64,000 nucleotides of DNA from Candidatus Poribacteria bacterium (GCA_965208675.1 OZ242351.1:3264001-3328000), one strand, 5' to 3'. Numbered from the stretch's first letter, positions 29,464 through 41,433 are shown. Program-made: numbers and translations. The notes: generated by a model from the letters alone, not told the origin.

Positions 29464-31902
29464 GTGGGCGGCTTTATGAGTATGACGCGGATAAGGACAA
29501 TTTTACGGAATATACTGAGCATTTTACTACTTGCATTTATCGCCGTTTTGATGATGATTTTCATCGGTATCGGATTCGCAGGCGGGCTGACGCTCGCTTC
29601 ATGGGACGCTATCAAAGGTAAAGATTTAGGAGAGTTGGATTACCGAAAGGCGGATACGTGGAAACAACATCTTAAAATCTACTCTTCCGTGTGTACCGTC
29701 CAACGCGAAAATTCAGTCGAATTTCTTGTGGATAAACTGAAGCGTTTGGATTACGAGGAGACGCCGGCAGAATTAACGAAGCCCATTGCTGTCGGAGAAT
29801 ATTCGATAACCCTTGATAAAACCGGAAAAACGGGGACAATGCGGGTCTATCTTCAGGGCTTTCACCACCCGAGTGCGACTCATACCCCTTATCGGGTGGA
29901 AATTTCGGTGCTCCATGGCAAGATTGCTTCTATTCGAAATGCAGATAACGAAATAATATCTCACTTCAATCTTGAGCCAGAGTTAATTAGCGAGAAATAC
30001 GACGAGGGCGGCGACGCGCGGGAAATTATTCGTATCGGCAAAATGCCCGACAAGTTGCTGACAGCGTTTCTTGCGATTGAGGACAGGCGATTTTATGACC
30101 ATTGGGGTTTGGATGTCAAACGCATTGCCGGCGCATTAGTGCATTATGTCCGTACAGGAAATTTACACGGAGCAAGCACAATCACGCAACAACTCACTCG
30201 AAACATCTATCTGAGTCCACAACGGAGGATTTTGCGGAAAGTTAAAGAAGCCTTGCTAGCGATTCGAGTGGAGAGAAACTTTTCAAAAGACGAAATCCTT
30301 GAACGGTATCTCAATTTCATCAATTTGGGGAGACATGGTTCGCATGAAGTGCTTGGCGTTCAGAACGCGGCGAAGAGCTACTTCCGCAAATCAGTTTGGG
30401 AGTTGGATGTTCATGAATGCGCCACACTTGCAGCTATACCAAAGTCTCCAAGCTATTACTCGCCTGTACGTCATCCGGAGCGTGCAAAAACCCGACGAAA
30501 TCTCGTTCTCAAACAGATGCTGCGAGCCGGTTTCATCACGCAAGAAGTATTTGACGAAGCTGAGAATCAGCCGCTAGGCGTCAAATTACCTGAGACCGTG
30601 CGACTCAAGGAAGCCGCCCATTTTTTGCAGTATGTCCATGAACAACTGACCAAAATTCCTGAGCTTGAAGATTTATTATACAGTCAAGGTTTAAAGGTCT
30701 ACACGACGATAGATATGTCTATGCAGAAGACAGCGGAAAGTGTGGTCGCCGAACAGTTGCGGGTGCTCGACAAAGCGGATTTCAAAAAATTGCCAGACTA
30801 CGATTTCAACAAGAACAGACGCGGCGGAATTGACCCTATCAAAAACTATTTACAAGCGGGGTTAATCGCTATTGAACCCAAGACGGGTCACATCAAAGCC
30901 ATGGTTGGCGGGCGGGATTTCTATATTACCGGGCAGAAATTCAACTATTTTAACCGTGCCGTTCAATCTCAGCGCCAACCTGGTTCAGCATTTAAGCCTA
31001 TCGTTTTTGCAGCAATGCTTAATACGCCGCCGTTAGTTACACCCGCAACGATTGTCCGTGATGAAGCGTGGTCTACTGAGGGGGAAGTGGGGGTAAGATG
31101 GGCACCCAAAAACTACAAAAGAAGGTTCTATGGCGATGTAACCCTGCGTACCATGTTGGAGAAGTCGATTAACATCGCAACAGCCAAAATGATGTGGCAA
31201 ACTCCCAAGGACGAACACGACAAGCCGGAAGGGCTTAAGCGTACACTCGCACTAGCAGATCGATTGGGTATACAAAGCCGCATCCCCCCTTATCCCGCGA
31301 TTGCGTTGGGGTCGGAAGGATTGTCTCTTCTTGAACTCTGTTCTGCCTATGGGGTTTTCGCCAATGGCGGCGAACGTGCGATACCGATAAGTATTCAATA
31401 TGTCGAAGATCAGCACGGAGAGATTCTCATCGAAAACCGAGCTGAGCGCGAGAAGGTACTTGACGAAAGCGTCGCCTATCTTATTACATACCTTATGGAA
31501 GGCGTAATCAAAAATGGTACCGGCAGAACCGCTGTTTCAAAGTGGGGATTAAAGCACCGCGCTGCCGGCAAAACCGGTACAACGAACGACTTCTCAGATG
31601 CGTGGTTCATTGGATATACGCCTAGCCTCGTTGCCGGCGTTTGGGTCGGATTTGATGATTACCGGAAAAGCACAAAGAATTCAGGCGCAATTGGGGCGTT
31701 GCCGATATGGGCGCGATTCATTAATGAGGCATCACGAGGACGTATGGACGAGGAATTTCTCGCCCCTTCAGGTGTCCTCTTCAAACAGATAGATAAAGAG
31801 ACGGGATTACTGAAATCCGAAAAATGTCCGGAAGAAAAAATTATACGTGAAGCATTTCTCGTGGGCTCTGAACCTAGAATTATCTGTAATGTGCATGAGT
31901 AG
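29464..31902 (+). CDS. Class A penicillin-binding protein (PBP1A/1B)
   Basis: TM anchor; transglycosylase EDRRFY.H.G and GASTITQQL; transpeptidase SAFK, SIN, KTG. Confidence 0.93.
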   Translation: MGGFMSMTRIRTILRNILSILLLAFIAVLMMIFIGIGFAGGLTLASWDAIKGKDLGELDYRKADTWKQHLKIYSSVCTVQRENSVEFLVDKLKRLDYEETPAELTKPIAVGEYSITLDKTGKTGTMRVYLQGFHHPSATHTPYRVEISVLHGKIASIRNADNEIISHFNLEPELISEKYDEGGDAREIIRIGKMPDKLLTAFLAIEDRRFYDHWGLDVKRIAGALVHYVRTGNLHGASTITQQLTRNIYLSPQRRILRKVKEALLAIRVERNFSKDEILERYLNFINLGRHGSHEVLGVQNAAKSYFRKSVWELDVHECATLAAIPKSPSYYSPVRHPERAKTRRNLVLKQMLRAGFITQEVFDEAENQPLGVKLPETVRLKEAAHFLQYVHEQLTKIPELEDLLYSQGLKVYTTIDMSMQKTAESVVAEQLRVLDKADFKKLPDYDFNKNRRGGIDPIKNYLQAGLIAIEPKTGHIKAMVGGRDFYITGQKFNYFNRAVQSQRQPGSAFKPIVFAAMLNTPPLVTPATIVRDEAWSTEGEVGVRWAPKNYKRRFYGDVTLRTMLEKSINIATAKMMWQTPKDEHDKPEGLKRTLALADRLGIQSRIPPYPAIALGSEGLSLLELCSAYGVFANGGERAIPISIQYVEDQHGEILIENRAEREKVLDESVAYLITYLMEGVIKNGTGRTAVSKWGLKHRAAGKTGTTNDFSDAWFIGYTPSLVAGVWVGFDDYRKSTKNSGAIGALPIWARFINEASRGRMDEEFLAPSGVLFKQIDKETGLLKSEKCPEEKIIREAFLVGSEPRIICNVHE

Positions 31903-31963
31903 GTATTTGAGGCTTAGCGGCCAATAGCAGGCACCTAACCTTGTATTTTAGGGGTTTTAACTG

Positions 31964-33952
31964 ATGGATAAGTTCGAGTTAATCTCAGATTACGCGCCGC
32001 AAGGCGATCAACCTCAAGCAATTGATAAACTTACTGAGGGCCTATTGAAGGGGGATGGGTTTCAGACATTGTTGGGCGTAACGGGGTCCGGCAAAACTTT
32101 TACAATGGCTCACGTCGTTGCGAACCTGCAGCGTCCAACGCTTGTTATATCGCCGAACAAAACCCTCGCCGGACAATTGTACACCGAATTCCGGGAGTTC
32201 TTTCCCAACAACGCCGTTCACTACTTTGTTAGTTACTATGACTACTACCAACCGGAGGCGTACATTCCCAGCACAGACACTTATATTGAGAAGGATATAC
32301 AAATCAATGAGGAGATTGATCGGCTCCGCCTTGCTTCTACGGCATCGCTGTTATCACGCCCAGACGTCATCATTATTGCTAGTGTATCTTGCATTTTTGG
32401 TATTGGGTCGCCGAAGGAGTACGATGTACAACGGGTCGAGCTGAAAACTGGTGACATCATTAAACGTAATAAGCTGCTGCGTTCACTTGTGGATATTCGG
32501 TATGGGCGGAACGACGTCGATTTCTCGCGCGGGTGTTTTCGTGTGCGCGGGGATGTGATTGAGGTTTTTCCCGCATACTCAGACACCGCTTATCGGATTG
32601 AACTCTTCGGCGACGAAGTAGATCGCATCACCGAGATTGACACACTCACCGGAGAAATCGTGGAAGACCATGCCGAAGTGGCGATTTATCCAGCAAAACA
32701 TTTCATGACGGATGCTGAACGATTTGAACAAGCACTGTTGGACATTGAAACCGAACTTCAGGATCGGATTGATTACTTCATTTCGAACAACAAGCTACTG
32801 GAGGCGCAGCGGATTGAGGGTCGGACGCGGTTTGATCTTGAGATGATGCGCGAGGTCGGTTACTGTTCGGGTATAGAAAACTATTCACGCCATATCTCCG
32901 GTTTGCAGCCCGGCGAACCGCCGTACTGTCTAATTAACTACTTCCCCGACGATTATTTGATGTTCGTTGACGAATCTCATGTGACGCTGCCGCAACTGCG
33001 CGGGATGTATCGGGGCGACCGCTCACGAAAACAGTCGTTGGTGGATTACGGTTTCCGCCTCCCCTCTGCCCTAGATAACCGTCCGCTCCGGTTCGACGAG
33101 TTTCAATCGTACGTCAAACAGGCTGTGTTTGTCTCAGCAACCCCCGGGGAGTTTGAATTAGATAACAGCACCCAAGTCGTGGAACAAATCATTCGCCCAA
33201 CAGGATTGATTGATCCCAAGATAATCGTCCGTCCGGTCGAAGGACAGATTGACCACCTAATGGATGTCATTCAGGAGCGAGTTGCCCGGAACCAGCGTGT
33301 GTTGGTTACGACACTCACCAAACGGATGGCAGAAGGTCTGACCGACTACCTGACCGAAGGAGGCATTAAAGCTGAATACCTCCATTCCGACGTCGATACC
33401 TTGGATCGCGCCCGTATCTTGAAGGAACTACGCCAAGGTGTTTTCGACGTGCTTGTCGGGATAAACCTCCTCCGTGAAGGATTAGATCTCCCCGAAGTCT
33501 CGCTCGTGGCGATACTTGATGCGGATCGCGCTGGATTCCTCCGATCCCAAACTTCGCTAATCCAGATCGCTGGGCGCGCCGCCCGCAATGTCGATGGCGA
33601 GGTCATATTGTACGCGGATGAAGCGACGCCTGCCATCCGCAACGCCATTGATGAGGGCCAACGCCGGCGAAAAATTCAGATGGAGTATAATGAACAACAC
33701 GATATTACGCCGGCGACAATTAACAAAGCCATACACAACTTGATTGATGAACTTGCTACAGATTACGAGGAAAAATCGTCTGAAACAACCGTGCCCGCCA
33801 TTCCAGTGGAGGCTAATCTGGAAGAGATTCAGCCGTTAATTGCCAAATTGACGAAAGAGATGCAGGTTGCGGCAGTGGATCTGGAGTTCGAACGGGCAGC
33901 AGCGTTGCGGGACCAGATTGCAGAGATTAAGCGCGAGTTTGCAGACCACTAA
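31964..33952 (+). CDS. uvrB: Excinuclease ABC subunit B
   Basis: [40 protein letters not shown]-terminal UVR motif. Confidence 0.98.
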   Translation: MDKFELISDYAPQGDQPQAIDKLTEGLLKGDGFQTLLGVTGSGKTFTMAHVVANLQRPTLVISPNKTLAGQLYTEFREFFPNNAVHYFVSYYDYYQPEAYIPSTDTYIEKDIQINEEIDRLRLASTASLLSRPDVIIIASVSCIFGIGSPKEYDVQRVELKTGDIIKRNKLLRSLVDIRYGRNDVDFSRGCFRVRGDVIEVFPAYSDTAYRIELFGDEVDRITEIDTLTGEIVEDHAEVAIYPAKHFMTDAERFEQALLDIETELQDRIDYFISNNKLLEAQRIEGRTRFDLEMMREVGYCSGIENYSRHISGLQPGEPPYCLINYFPDDYLMFVDESHVTLPQLRGMYRGDRSRKQSLVDYGFRLPSALDNRPLRFDEFQSYVKQAVFVSATPGEFELDNSTQVVEQIIRPTGLIDPKIIVRPVEGQIDHLMDVIQERVARNQRVLVTTLTKRMAEGLTDYLTEGGIKAEYLHSDVDTLDRARILKELRQGVFDVLVGINLLREGLDLPEVSLVAILDADRAGFLRSQTSLIQIAGRAARNVDGEVILYADEATPAIRNAIDEGQRRRKIQMEYNEQHDITPATINKAIHNLIDELATDYEEKSSETTVPAIPVEANLEEIQPLIAKLTKEMQVAAVDLEFERAAALRDQIAEIKREFADH

Positions 33953-34014
33953 AACGGCGTTTTTTGAACCGGCAACCCGCATCTTAATGGGGACAGAACA
34001 ACACAATTTATTTC

Positions 34015-34043
34015 TTGCATTTCTATATGAGGTGTGCTAAAAT
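34015..34043 (+). promoter_or_regulatory. Probable sigma70 promoter
   Basis: TTGCAT-17 nt-TAAAAT with extended TG, upstream of the rubredoxin-like ORF. Confidence 0.5.
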
Positions 34044-34094
34044 CAGCTTGGGTTGGGACGTAAATTATTGCCATACAGAAAGTGAGGACAACCA

Positions 34095-34367
34095 ATGTAT
34101 GTTTGTACGGCTTGTGGGTTTTTATGGACAGCGGAAGAGAGTCCGACCGAGGAGTGTCCCGCGTGCACAGCGCCAAAAGAGAAATTCATCCCTTATGATG
34201 ACCGGGCCGAACGGTGGGTAAAGCGAGCCGTTGCTCAGCATGTAATGTATCCTGATGAGGAGGGTGCGGATTTACGGGCTGAGAATTCAGCCTTGTCTTC
34301 GCATATCCGGTTTGCAATTGTTGGTTTTGGTGAAGATATCAGGAAGGCTGGGAACCTCAAAGGGTGA
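34095..34367 (+). CDS. Rubredoxin-like domain protein
   Basis: YVCTACG.........CPAC.APKEKF; GAGG RBS. Confidence 0.75.
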   Translation: MYVCTACGFLWTAEESPTEECPACTAPKEKFIPYDDRAERWVKRAVAQHVMYPDEEGADLRAENSALSSHIRFAIVGFGEDIRKAGNLKG

Positions 34368-34462
34368 CTATTTAACATAAGTGTTTGCCCCCGCTCAGAA
34401 ACAATAGTTTCTGGGCTTTTTTTTGGAAGTCAACTAGTTGTCAGAAACAAAGAGGAGTTGTA

Positions 34463-36013
34463 ATGCAACTATTCAGAGCTGTCATACCTCAAACCATAAA
34501 AAGAACCAGCTTACTCGCTTGGGTATTTATCATTCTTTATCCCGTGACCTTAAATGCTGCCGGGTTTGAAGGAATCGAACAACAAATCCGGGAGCATGTT
34601 CTGCCTAACGGCATGAAGTTCATCATCCTTGAGCGGCATGACGCCCCGGTTTTTTCCGGACACATCTATGTCAATGTCGGCAGCAGCGATGAGGTCGTCG
34701 GGAATACAGGGATTTCCCACGTCTTCGAACACATGGCGTTCAAAGGAACAACCACCCTTGGAACAGTGGATTACAAAAAAGAAAAATCCATTATGGACAA
34801 ACTGGATAGGGTGTTCGATGACCTCAGAGCCGAATGGGGAAAAGGCAATCGTGCGAATACGGAGAGATTAAAGGAGTTAGAAACCGACTTTGATGCGCTA
34901 GAATCGGAAGTAGCCCAATATTCGAATGGCGAGGAATATTCAAAGATTCTAGAGCAGGAGGGCGCCGTTGGCGTGAATGCGGGTACATCTGCTGATTATA
35001 CAGTGTATTTTTATAGTCTCCCTTCGAATAAGCTGGAGTTGTGGATGGCGTTTGAATCTGAGAGATTTTTTGAACCGGTGCTCAGAGATTTCTTCAAAGA
35101 GAAAGAAGTTATCAAGGAGGAGCGCCGTCTTAGGACTGAAAGCAGCCCTGTTGGGAGATTGATTGAGGAACTCACAGGACTTGCTTATCTTGCACATCCG
35201 TATGGGCAGCCGACTATCGGCCATATGTCAGACATTCACACAACCACTCGAGCCGAAGCGCTGAAATTTTTTGAAGAACACTACACGCCAAGAAATATGG
35301 TTGCGGCAATTGTTGGTGACGTAAACGCCGATACAGTAATTGAATTGGCGGAAAAATATTTTGGCAGACTTCCATCTCGACAGGATGTGCCGCTTGTTGA
35401 GACTGCCGAGCCTAAACAGTTAGGCGAGCGGCGTGTCAAAATTGTGGAACAAACACAACCCGTAATTGTTATTGCGTATCATAAGCCCGAAATCAGACAT
35501 CCAGATAACGCCGTGTTTAATGCAATCACCGATATCTTGGCATCAGGGCGCACATCGCGCTTGTACAAACGATTAGTCCGAGACGAGAAAATTTCGATTT
35601 CCGCAGGCGCCTTTCCGGGGTTTCCGGGTGAAAAATATCCAAATCTGTTTGTTTTCTATTCATTTCCTGCTCAGGGGCATACGAACGCAGAAAATGAAGA
35701 AATGATTCTGACTGAGATTGAGACACTCAAAACGGAGCTGGTTTCGGAAGCGGAGTTAAAGAAGGTCAAACGGCGTGCAAAAGCGGGGTTAATTCATTCG
35801 CTGCGTTCTAGCAGCGGGTTAGCTAGTATGTTGTGTAGTTCTGAATTCCTCTTGGGAGATTGGAGAGAACTCTTCAAGTCCCTTGAACGAATTGAAATGG
35901 TGACGGCTGACGATATTACGCGGGTTGCGAATGAATATTTCGTAAGCTCCAATCGATCCGTAGCAGAACTTGTGACCGAGGCAACTAAGGAAGAAAAGGA
36001 GGCGGGCGAATGA
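34463..36013 (+). CDS. M16B zinc peptidase, catalytic subunit
   Basis: LPNGMK, inverted zincin HVFEH, NAGTS.D.T.Y, HPY..P.IG; GAGGAG RBS. Confidence 0.93.
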   Translation: MQLFRAVIPQTIKRTSLLAWVFIILYPVTLNAAGFEGIEQQIREHVLPNGMKFIILERHDAPVFSGHIYVNVGSSDEVVGNTGISHVFEHMAFKGTTTLGTVDYKKEKSIMDKLDRVFDDLRAEWGKGNRANTERLKELETDFDALESEVAQYSNGEEYSKILEQEGAVGVNAGTSADYTVYFYSLPSNKLELWMAFESERFFEPVLRDFFKEKEVIKEERRLRTESSPVGRLIEELTGLAYLAHPYGQPTIGHMSDIHTTTRAEALKFFEEHYTPRNMVAAIVGDVNADTVIELAEKYFGRLPSRQDVPLVETAEPKQLGERRVKIVEQTQPVIVIAYHKPEIRHPDNAVFNAITDILASGRTSRLYKRLVRDEKISISAGAFPGFPGEKYPNLFVFYSFPAQGHTNAENEEMILTEIETLKTELVSEAELKKVKRRAKAGLIHSLRSSSGLASMLCSSEFLLGDWRELFKSLERIEMVTADDITRVANEYFVSSNRSVAELVTEATKEEKEAGE

Positions 36014-38235
36014 GAAAAATCGCATTTCATATATTTCTATGCACCCTGACATTTGTTCTGGCCGCAAGTGCAAGCAACCAGATGACGCCGCATCAACAAT
36101 CCACGGGGGTTTTGGCTGATGCGCGCAATCTGCCGGATGGAGAAATAAGCGTATCTGAGGAGGCTGCACCCAGAAAAAAACCGCACGAAGGGCTCGTCTA
36201 CCCACCATTGAATCAGCCGCAGCCGCCGGTTCCCCAAAGGATTGAATTGGACAATGGGATAGTTGTCTATCTATTAGAAGAGCGCGAGTTTCCGATTATT
36301 GAAATTTCGGTTTGGATTCGCACCGGTTCAATTTACGAACCGGCGGACAAGGTCGGGTTGGCGGAAATTACCGGGGCAGTCATGCGTACGGGTGGAACGA
36401 CAAGTAAAACCGGAGATGAACTCGATGAAATCCTTGAGAGTTTAGCCGCATCGGTTGAAACAGGTATCGGCGGTGATTCAGGCTCAGCGTCAATGTCGGT
36501 TTTGAAAGAAGATCTTGATACGGGCCTATCTATCCTTGCCGATATTCTCATGAATCCTGCGTTCCGAGAGGATAAAATCGAGTTGGAAAAGGTGCAGCAT
36601 CGCAGCACCATTTCGCGGCGAAATGACAACCCAACAGGTATTACAGCACGAGAATTCCGGAAACTCATCTATGGAGCGGACAGCCCTTATGCGCGTACGA
36701 CCGAGTATGATACAATAAACAATATTACTCGTGATGACATCGTGGCTTTTTATCAGAAGTATTTCCACCCGAACAACGTCATTATAGGTGTGCTTGGTGA
36801 CTTTAGTTCCGAAGCTATGCTAGCGAAAATACAGGATACATTCAAGGAGTGGGCACCTGCGGAGATGGCAATCACTGCAATACCCGAAGTTCCCGCAACG
36901 TCTGTGAAGAGAGTTGCGCTAGTGAACAAGGACGACGTGAACCAGACAAATATCCGAATGGGACATATTGGCTGGTTGCGTAAGAATGAGGACTATCCTG
37001 CCTTGGTAGTGATGTCCCAAATTCTCGGCATTGGATTTTCCAGCCGGTTGATGAACACCATCCGAGTTGAAAAAGGGCTGGCATATTCAGTAGGGAACAA
37101 CTATGGCGCCGGTTATGATGTGCCCGGCGTATTCTACATTGTGTGCGGCACCAAGTCGGAATCCACTGTGACGGCAATCGAGGCGATACTGGCTGAAGTC
37201 GAAAAGATGCGAATTGAGGAGGTCACCGGCGAAGAGTTAAAACAGGCAATTGACGGCTTCATGAATTCTTCTGTGTTTGACTATGATTCCAAGGCAGAGA
37301 TACTGTCTCGCGCGCTCCGGTATGAATACTATGAATATCCACAGGATTTCGTTGAGCAGCTCATGGCGGGGATTCGGGCGGTAACGAAAGCAGATGTCAA
37401 GCGCGTTGCCAGTGAATATCTACATCCAGACAAATTTGCGCTCATCGCTGTTGGCAAGTCTAGCGATTTTGATAAACCGTTGAATTCGCTTGGAGATGTA
37501 ACAGAAGTCGATATTGCTATTCCACCTCCCTCACCCGAACCTGTCCCCGAAGCGGGTGAAGAAGAAATTACCATGGCGAATGCAATTCTTGGCGAAGTCG
37601 TCGAGGTGTACGGCGGTCATGAGAAATTAAACTTGGTGAAGAATCTTGTGGCTAACGGTCAATTCTCTATGAAAACGCCTGGGGGTATGATGCAAGCAGA
37701 AATAAAACGGTATCATGTTTTACCAGACAAAATCCGACTCGATATGTCGTTTCCATCAATGGGTATGCAGGCAAGCCAGGTATTTGATGGTAAATCTGCT
37801 TGGATGGTAACCCCTCACGGCGTTCAACCCCTTCCCGAGTCACAAGCCGAAGAAATCAAAAAAGTTGCCCTTCGAGACACCATCTACCTGCTAACCCGCT
37901 TTTCTTCAAGCGATGACATATCTGTTCAATATCTCGGGACAGAAGATGTAAATGGGAAATTGGCCCACGCTCTAAAGATTACTTCATCGGATGTGGATGC
38001 ATTGAAACTTTTTATTGACCAAGAAACAAAGTATATCATTAAGAAATCGTATCAAGGGATGGGACAGGCGGGTCCAGTGGAGACGGAGGAGTTTATTGAT
38101 GATTATCGAGATGTCTCTGGCGTGAAATTTGGATTTCACTCGGTCGTTTTCCAAAATGGAGAGGAATTCGCCGAAGGCACCTTGTACGAGATAATAATCA
38201 ATGCTGAGGTGGATGAATCGCTGTTCGAGAAGTAG
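36010..38235 (+). CDS. M16B peptidase non-catalytic subunit with C-terminal LolA-like domain
   Basis: LDNGI, no HXXEH, SRL...IR...GLAY; beta-rich C-terminal extension; 4-nt overlap with the previous gene. Confidence 0.85.
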   Translation: MRKIAFHIFLCTLTFVLAASASNQMTPHQQSTGVLADARNLPDGEISVSEEAAPRKKPHEGLVYPPLNQPQPPVPQRIELDNGIVVYLLEEREFPIIEISVWIRTGSIYEPADKVGLAEITGAVMRTGGTTSKTGDELDEILESLAASVETGIGGDSGSASMSVLKEDLDTGLSILADILMNPAFREDKIELEKVQHRSTISRRNDNPTGITAREFRKLIYGADSPYARTTEYDTINNITRDDIVAFYQKYFHPNNVIIGVLGDFSSEAMLAKIQDTFKEWAPAEMAITAIPEVPATSVKRVALVNKDDVNQTNIRMGHIGWLRKNEDYPALVVMSQILGIGFSSRLMNTIRVEKGLAYSVGNNYGAGYDVPGVFYIVCGTKSESTVTAIEAILAEVEKMRIEEVTGEELKQAIDGFMNSSVFDYDSKAEILSRALRYEYYEYPQDFVEQLMAGIRAVTKADVKRVASEYLHPDKFALIAVGKSSDFDKPLNSLGDVTEVDIAIPPPSPEPVPEAGEEEITMANAILGEVVEVYGGHEKLNLVKNLVANGQFSMKTPGGMMQAEIKRYHVLPDKIRLDMSFPSMGMQASQVFDGKSAWMVTPHGVQPLPESQAEEIKKVALRDTIYLLTRFSSSDDISVQYLGTEDVNGKLAHALKITSSDVDALKLFIDQETKYIIKKSYQGMGQAGPVETEEFIDDYRDVSGVKFGFHSVVFQNGEEFAEGTLYEIIINAEVDESLFEK

Positions 38236-38286
38236 TCCCGTTACAATTCTTCATATTATGCGTTTCGGCTTTGTACATTCCCTAAC

Positions 38287-39063
38287 ATGAAGCAAATCTT
38301 TCTTGAGATTAACAACCGATTGAAGTTGATTGTTCTTGAATTGCAAGAACTCACACTTTTCATCGGTCGTGTGATTCGCGGCTTGTTCCGAAGACCTCGA
38401 TATTGGAAAGATTTGTTTGACCACATGGATATTCTGGGCGTGGGGTCGCTAGTAATTGTGCTCATCGCGGGGTGTTGCGTCGGGGCTATTATTTCAATGG
38501 AAACCCTGTACCAACTTCGGTCATACGGTGCACAGTCTTTCCTCGGCCGTGTAACTGGCGATTCAATCGTCCGAGGTGCAGGCCCTGTCTTCACAGCGAT
38601 GATTGTTTCCAGCCGTATCTGCCCAGCGACTGCTGCTGAACTGGGATCGATGCAAGTGAGTCAACAGATTGATGCGCTCGTGACGATGGGTATTGACCCT
38701 ATTCGCAAACTGATTACGCCGCGCATCATCGCTAGCCTTTTTATATACCCAGCCCTTACATGCGCCCACACTGTAGCTGCCCTCCTATCGGGCGGTTTAG
38801 TTGCCGAGTTATCGGGCGAGTTAACACTAATGCGATTTTTGAGAGAGTCTTTGGCTGAAGTTTCCTCCGGCGATTTACTTTGGGGATTGATGAAGGCAGT
38901 CGTATTCGGCCTAGTGGTGGTAACGCTTGCCTGCTACTCCGGTATTCGAGTGTCAGGTGGAGCAATTGGTGTACGTAAAGGCGCTACGCGTGCCGCGGTT
39001 AACGCAATCTTGCTCATACTGTTTTTTGATTTTCTGGTAACTAGCTTGGGAAGATCGCTCTAG
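38287..39063 (+). CDS. mlaE: MlaE-family ABC permease
   Basis: GPVFTA....SR....AAELGSM.V..QIDAL..MG.DP...LI.PR. Confidence 0.92.
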   Translation: MKQIFLEINNRLKLIVLELQELTLFIGRVIRGLFRRPRYWKDLFDHMDILGVGSLVIVLIAGCCVGAIISMETLYQLRSYGAQSFLGRVTGDSIVRGAGPVFTAMIVSSRICPATAAELGSMQVSQQIDALVTMGIDPIRKLITPRIIASLFIYPALTCAHTVAALLSGGLVAELSGELTLMRFLRESLAEVSSGDLLWGLMKAVVFGLVVVTLACYSGIRVSGGAIGVRKGATRAAVNAILLILFFDFLVTSLGRSL

Positions 39064-39212
39064 GATGGGATAACCGCGTTTGCCGGGTTAACTGTTTGAA
39101 GTTGTTTGGATTTGTCACTACCCGAAGAGAAAAACGGTGTTTGCAAGTATGTGCCCAATCAGCCAAAAAACATTCGACGATAAAACTCACTTCGCGGCGG
39201 CCGTTAAATCAA

Positions 39213-39971
39213 ATGATTATACTGAAAAATATTGACTTTTTCTATGGGGATACACAAATCCTCAAAAATATCACATTTGATATCCCCGCTGGGGAAGTGA
39301 CCACGATTCTTGGGCCAAGCGGATCGGGGAAGACTACGCTGCTTCGTATCTTAACCGGATTACTCCAACCTGCAGGCGGCGAAATCTGGATGCGTGAAAA
39401 GAGTTTGACGACGTTGTCTAAAACAGAACAGGAACACATGCGAAATAATATGGCGATTGTCTTTCAGAACGGTGCGCTTTTCGATTCTCTCACTGTTTGG
39501 GAAAACGTCGCTTTTCCGCTTCACGAACGCTTTTCAATGCCTCTGGCAATCATTCGCCGAGAAGTTGACAAACTCCTTGACTTAGTTGGTTTGCAGAACG
39601 CCGCCGAATTGACCATTAATCAATGCAGCGGGGGAATGCAGATGCGAGTTGCTATTGCCCGCGCTTTTGCCTGTCACCCGGAGATTATTCTTTACGATGA
39701 ACCGACCTCAGGACTCGATCCGATTGCCCGCGACCGTATCTGTGATTGTATTCAAAAGCAACAGTTCCAGCACAATGTGACATCCGTACTTGTGACCCAT
39801 CAGTTGGCGACGGCGTTTCGTGTTTCCAAGCGCTTTATTTGCCTCTACGCTGGTGAAATCCTTTTTGACGGGACTGCTGATGAATTAACAGCATCAAAAA
39901 ATCCCTATGTTCAGAGATTCATCCAACCTTCGAAGCGGGTTTATCGGGTCCTCGAATCCGATTTGACCTAA
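39213..39971 (+). CDS. mlaF: MlaF-family ABC ATPase
   Basis: GPSGSGKT, FQNGALFDSLTV.ENVAF, SGGM, YDEPTSGLDP. Confidence 0.92.
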   Translation: MIILKNIDFFYGDTQILKNITFDIPAGEVTTILGPSGSGKTTLLRILTGLLQPAGGEIWMREKSLTTLSKTEQEHMRNNMAIVFQNGALFDSLTVWENVAFPLHERFSMPLAIIRREVDKLLDLVGLQNAAELTINQCSGGMQMRVAIARAFACHPEIILYDEPTSGLDPIARDRICDCIQKQQFQHNVTSVLVTHQLATAFRVSKRFICLYAGEILFDGTADELTASKNPYVQRFIQPSKRVYRVLESDLT

Positions 39972-40024
39972 TTCCCAATGTTTATTGCCGAGCGAATTTG
40001 ACAAAATTCACGGAGAAATAATTC

Positions 40025-41353
40025 ATGCGATTACAAAGAGCACAAGTCACTTGGTCTCAATTGCGTGTGGGGGTATTTGCGGCAATATGCCTAGTAATTA
40101 TATTTTGGTTTTTGTTTTACAGCGAAAATGGACTGAGAGCCATTAGAAATCAATTTACCGTCGAGACGTTTATCGATTCTGCAGCGGGTGTCAAACCGGG
40201 GACGCCCGTCCGCTTGGCTGGTATTGAAGTAGGAGAAGCCAAGAAAGTTGAATTCATTCATCATATGGGGATGAATAAAGTCCGTATCCAGTTGGCGCTG
40301 AACAAAAATGCAGCCGAACACCTAAGAAGCGATTCGATTGTCCAAGTTAAGTCTGCAGGGCTAACTGACAACAAAGTTATAGAGATTTCATTGGGCACCT
40401 CAGCGGGTACACTAGTTGCAGCCGGTGACACATTGCCAAGCATGCCGCCGATGGAGGCAACTGTTGTATTAAATCAGATAGTGGCGGTCAGCAACAGCAT
40501 GAATAGCTTCTTGAACAGATTCGAGAGCCTCGTCAGTCAACTTCAAGTAGGTGATGGTACATTTGCACAATTGTTGAAAGATGGTAAAATCTACCAAAAC
40601 CTAAACCGAGCAACGCAAGGCGTTTCGCATTTGATGTCAAATTTAAATGAGGGCGAAGGTCTTCTTCCCCAATTGCTTTCCGATGGAGAATTTGCCGAGA
40701 ATGTTACGCAGAGCGCTGCTTCCACGGCAGTATGGGGAAAAAATGTTGCTAACGGAGAGGGCACGTTGGGCAAATTGAGCACGGATGCTGCGCTCTTCAA
40801 TCAGGCGTTAGCCTTTACGACAAAAGGCGATCAAGTATTGGAAAACCTTGAAGCCCGCTTAGAAAGGGCGATCGCCTTGACGGAGGTACTGGTCGAAAAA
40901 ATATCCCACGGTGAGGGAACGGCCGCAAAGTTTGTCAACACGCCGGAACTGTACAATCAAATTCACGCCACGGCGGAAAAGATGGAACAGTTTATAGAAC
41001 TCGCACAGTCGGGTGAGGGAGCAGTCGGACAGCTCTTGTCAAATGCAATGTTTGCCGAGCAGATTTCCGCAACTACGGCATCCATTGCAACGTTGACCCA
41101 GAAACTCAATACTCCCGGAAATACGATTGACACTCTTGCAACAGGATCGGATTTGGTGGATAGCCTGCTAGCAACGACGGTTCATTTGGAATCCATCTTG
41201 ACAAAGGTCGACAACGGGGAAGGCTCCTTGGGGCAGTTAACGGCTGATCCGCAGACTGCCGAAAGCCTCTTACGGCTAGTCGACAATCTCAGGACACTCA
41301 TTGCAGACATTCATGCAAATCCGAAAAAATATGTTAAGCTCAGTCTTTTTTAG
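40025..41353 (+). CDS. mlaD: MlaD/MCE protein with long helical repeats
   Basis: TM, A.G...G.PV..AG..VG MCE motif, repeated GEG.L.QL units, NPKKY..LSLF. Confidence 0.9.
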   Translation: MRLQRAQVTWSQLRVGVFAAICLVIIFWFLFYSENGLRAIRNQFTVETFIDSAAGVKPGTPVRLAGIEVGEAKKVEFIHHMGMNKVRIQLALNKNAAEHLRSDSIVQVKSAGLTDNKVIEISLGTSAGTLVAAGDTLPSMPPMEATVVLNQIVAVSNSMNSFLNRFESLVSQLQVGDGTFAQLLKDGKIYQNLNRATQGVSHLMSNLNEGEGLLPQLLSDGEFAENVTQSAASTAVWGKNVANGEGTLGKLSTDAALFNQALAFTTKGDQVLENLEARLERAIALTEVLVEKISHGEGTAAKFVNTPELYNQIHATAEKMEQFIELAQSGEGAVGQLLSNAMFAEQISATTASIATLTQKLNTPGNTIDTLATGSDLVDSLLATTVHLESILTKVDNGEGSLGQLTADPQTAESLLRLVDNLRTLIADIHANPKKYVKLSLF

Positions 41354-41433
41354 AATTGAATATAATTCAGTCACTGAATCATTCAAATCATACTTCCAAG
41401 CTTCTCACTGTTAAGTAATGATCGGAACGCGCA

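Noticed and set aside
28176-31960. Shared ATTTTAGGG(G)TTTTAA motif upstream of the 261-aa gene and uvrB as inverted ends or a regulator site
   Set aside because: Only two low-complexity copies flanking housekeeping genes; could be chance
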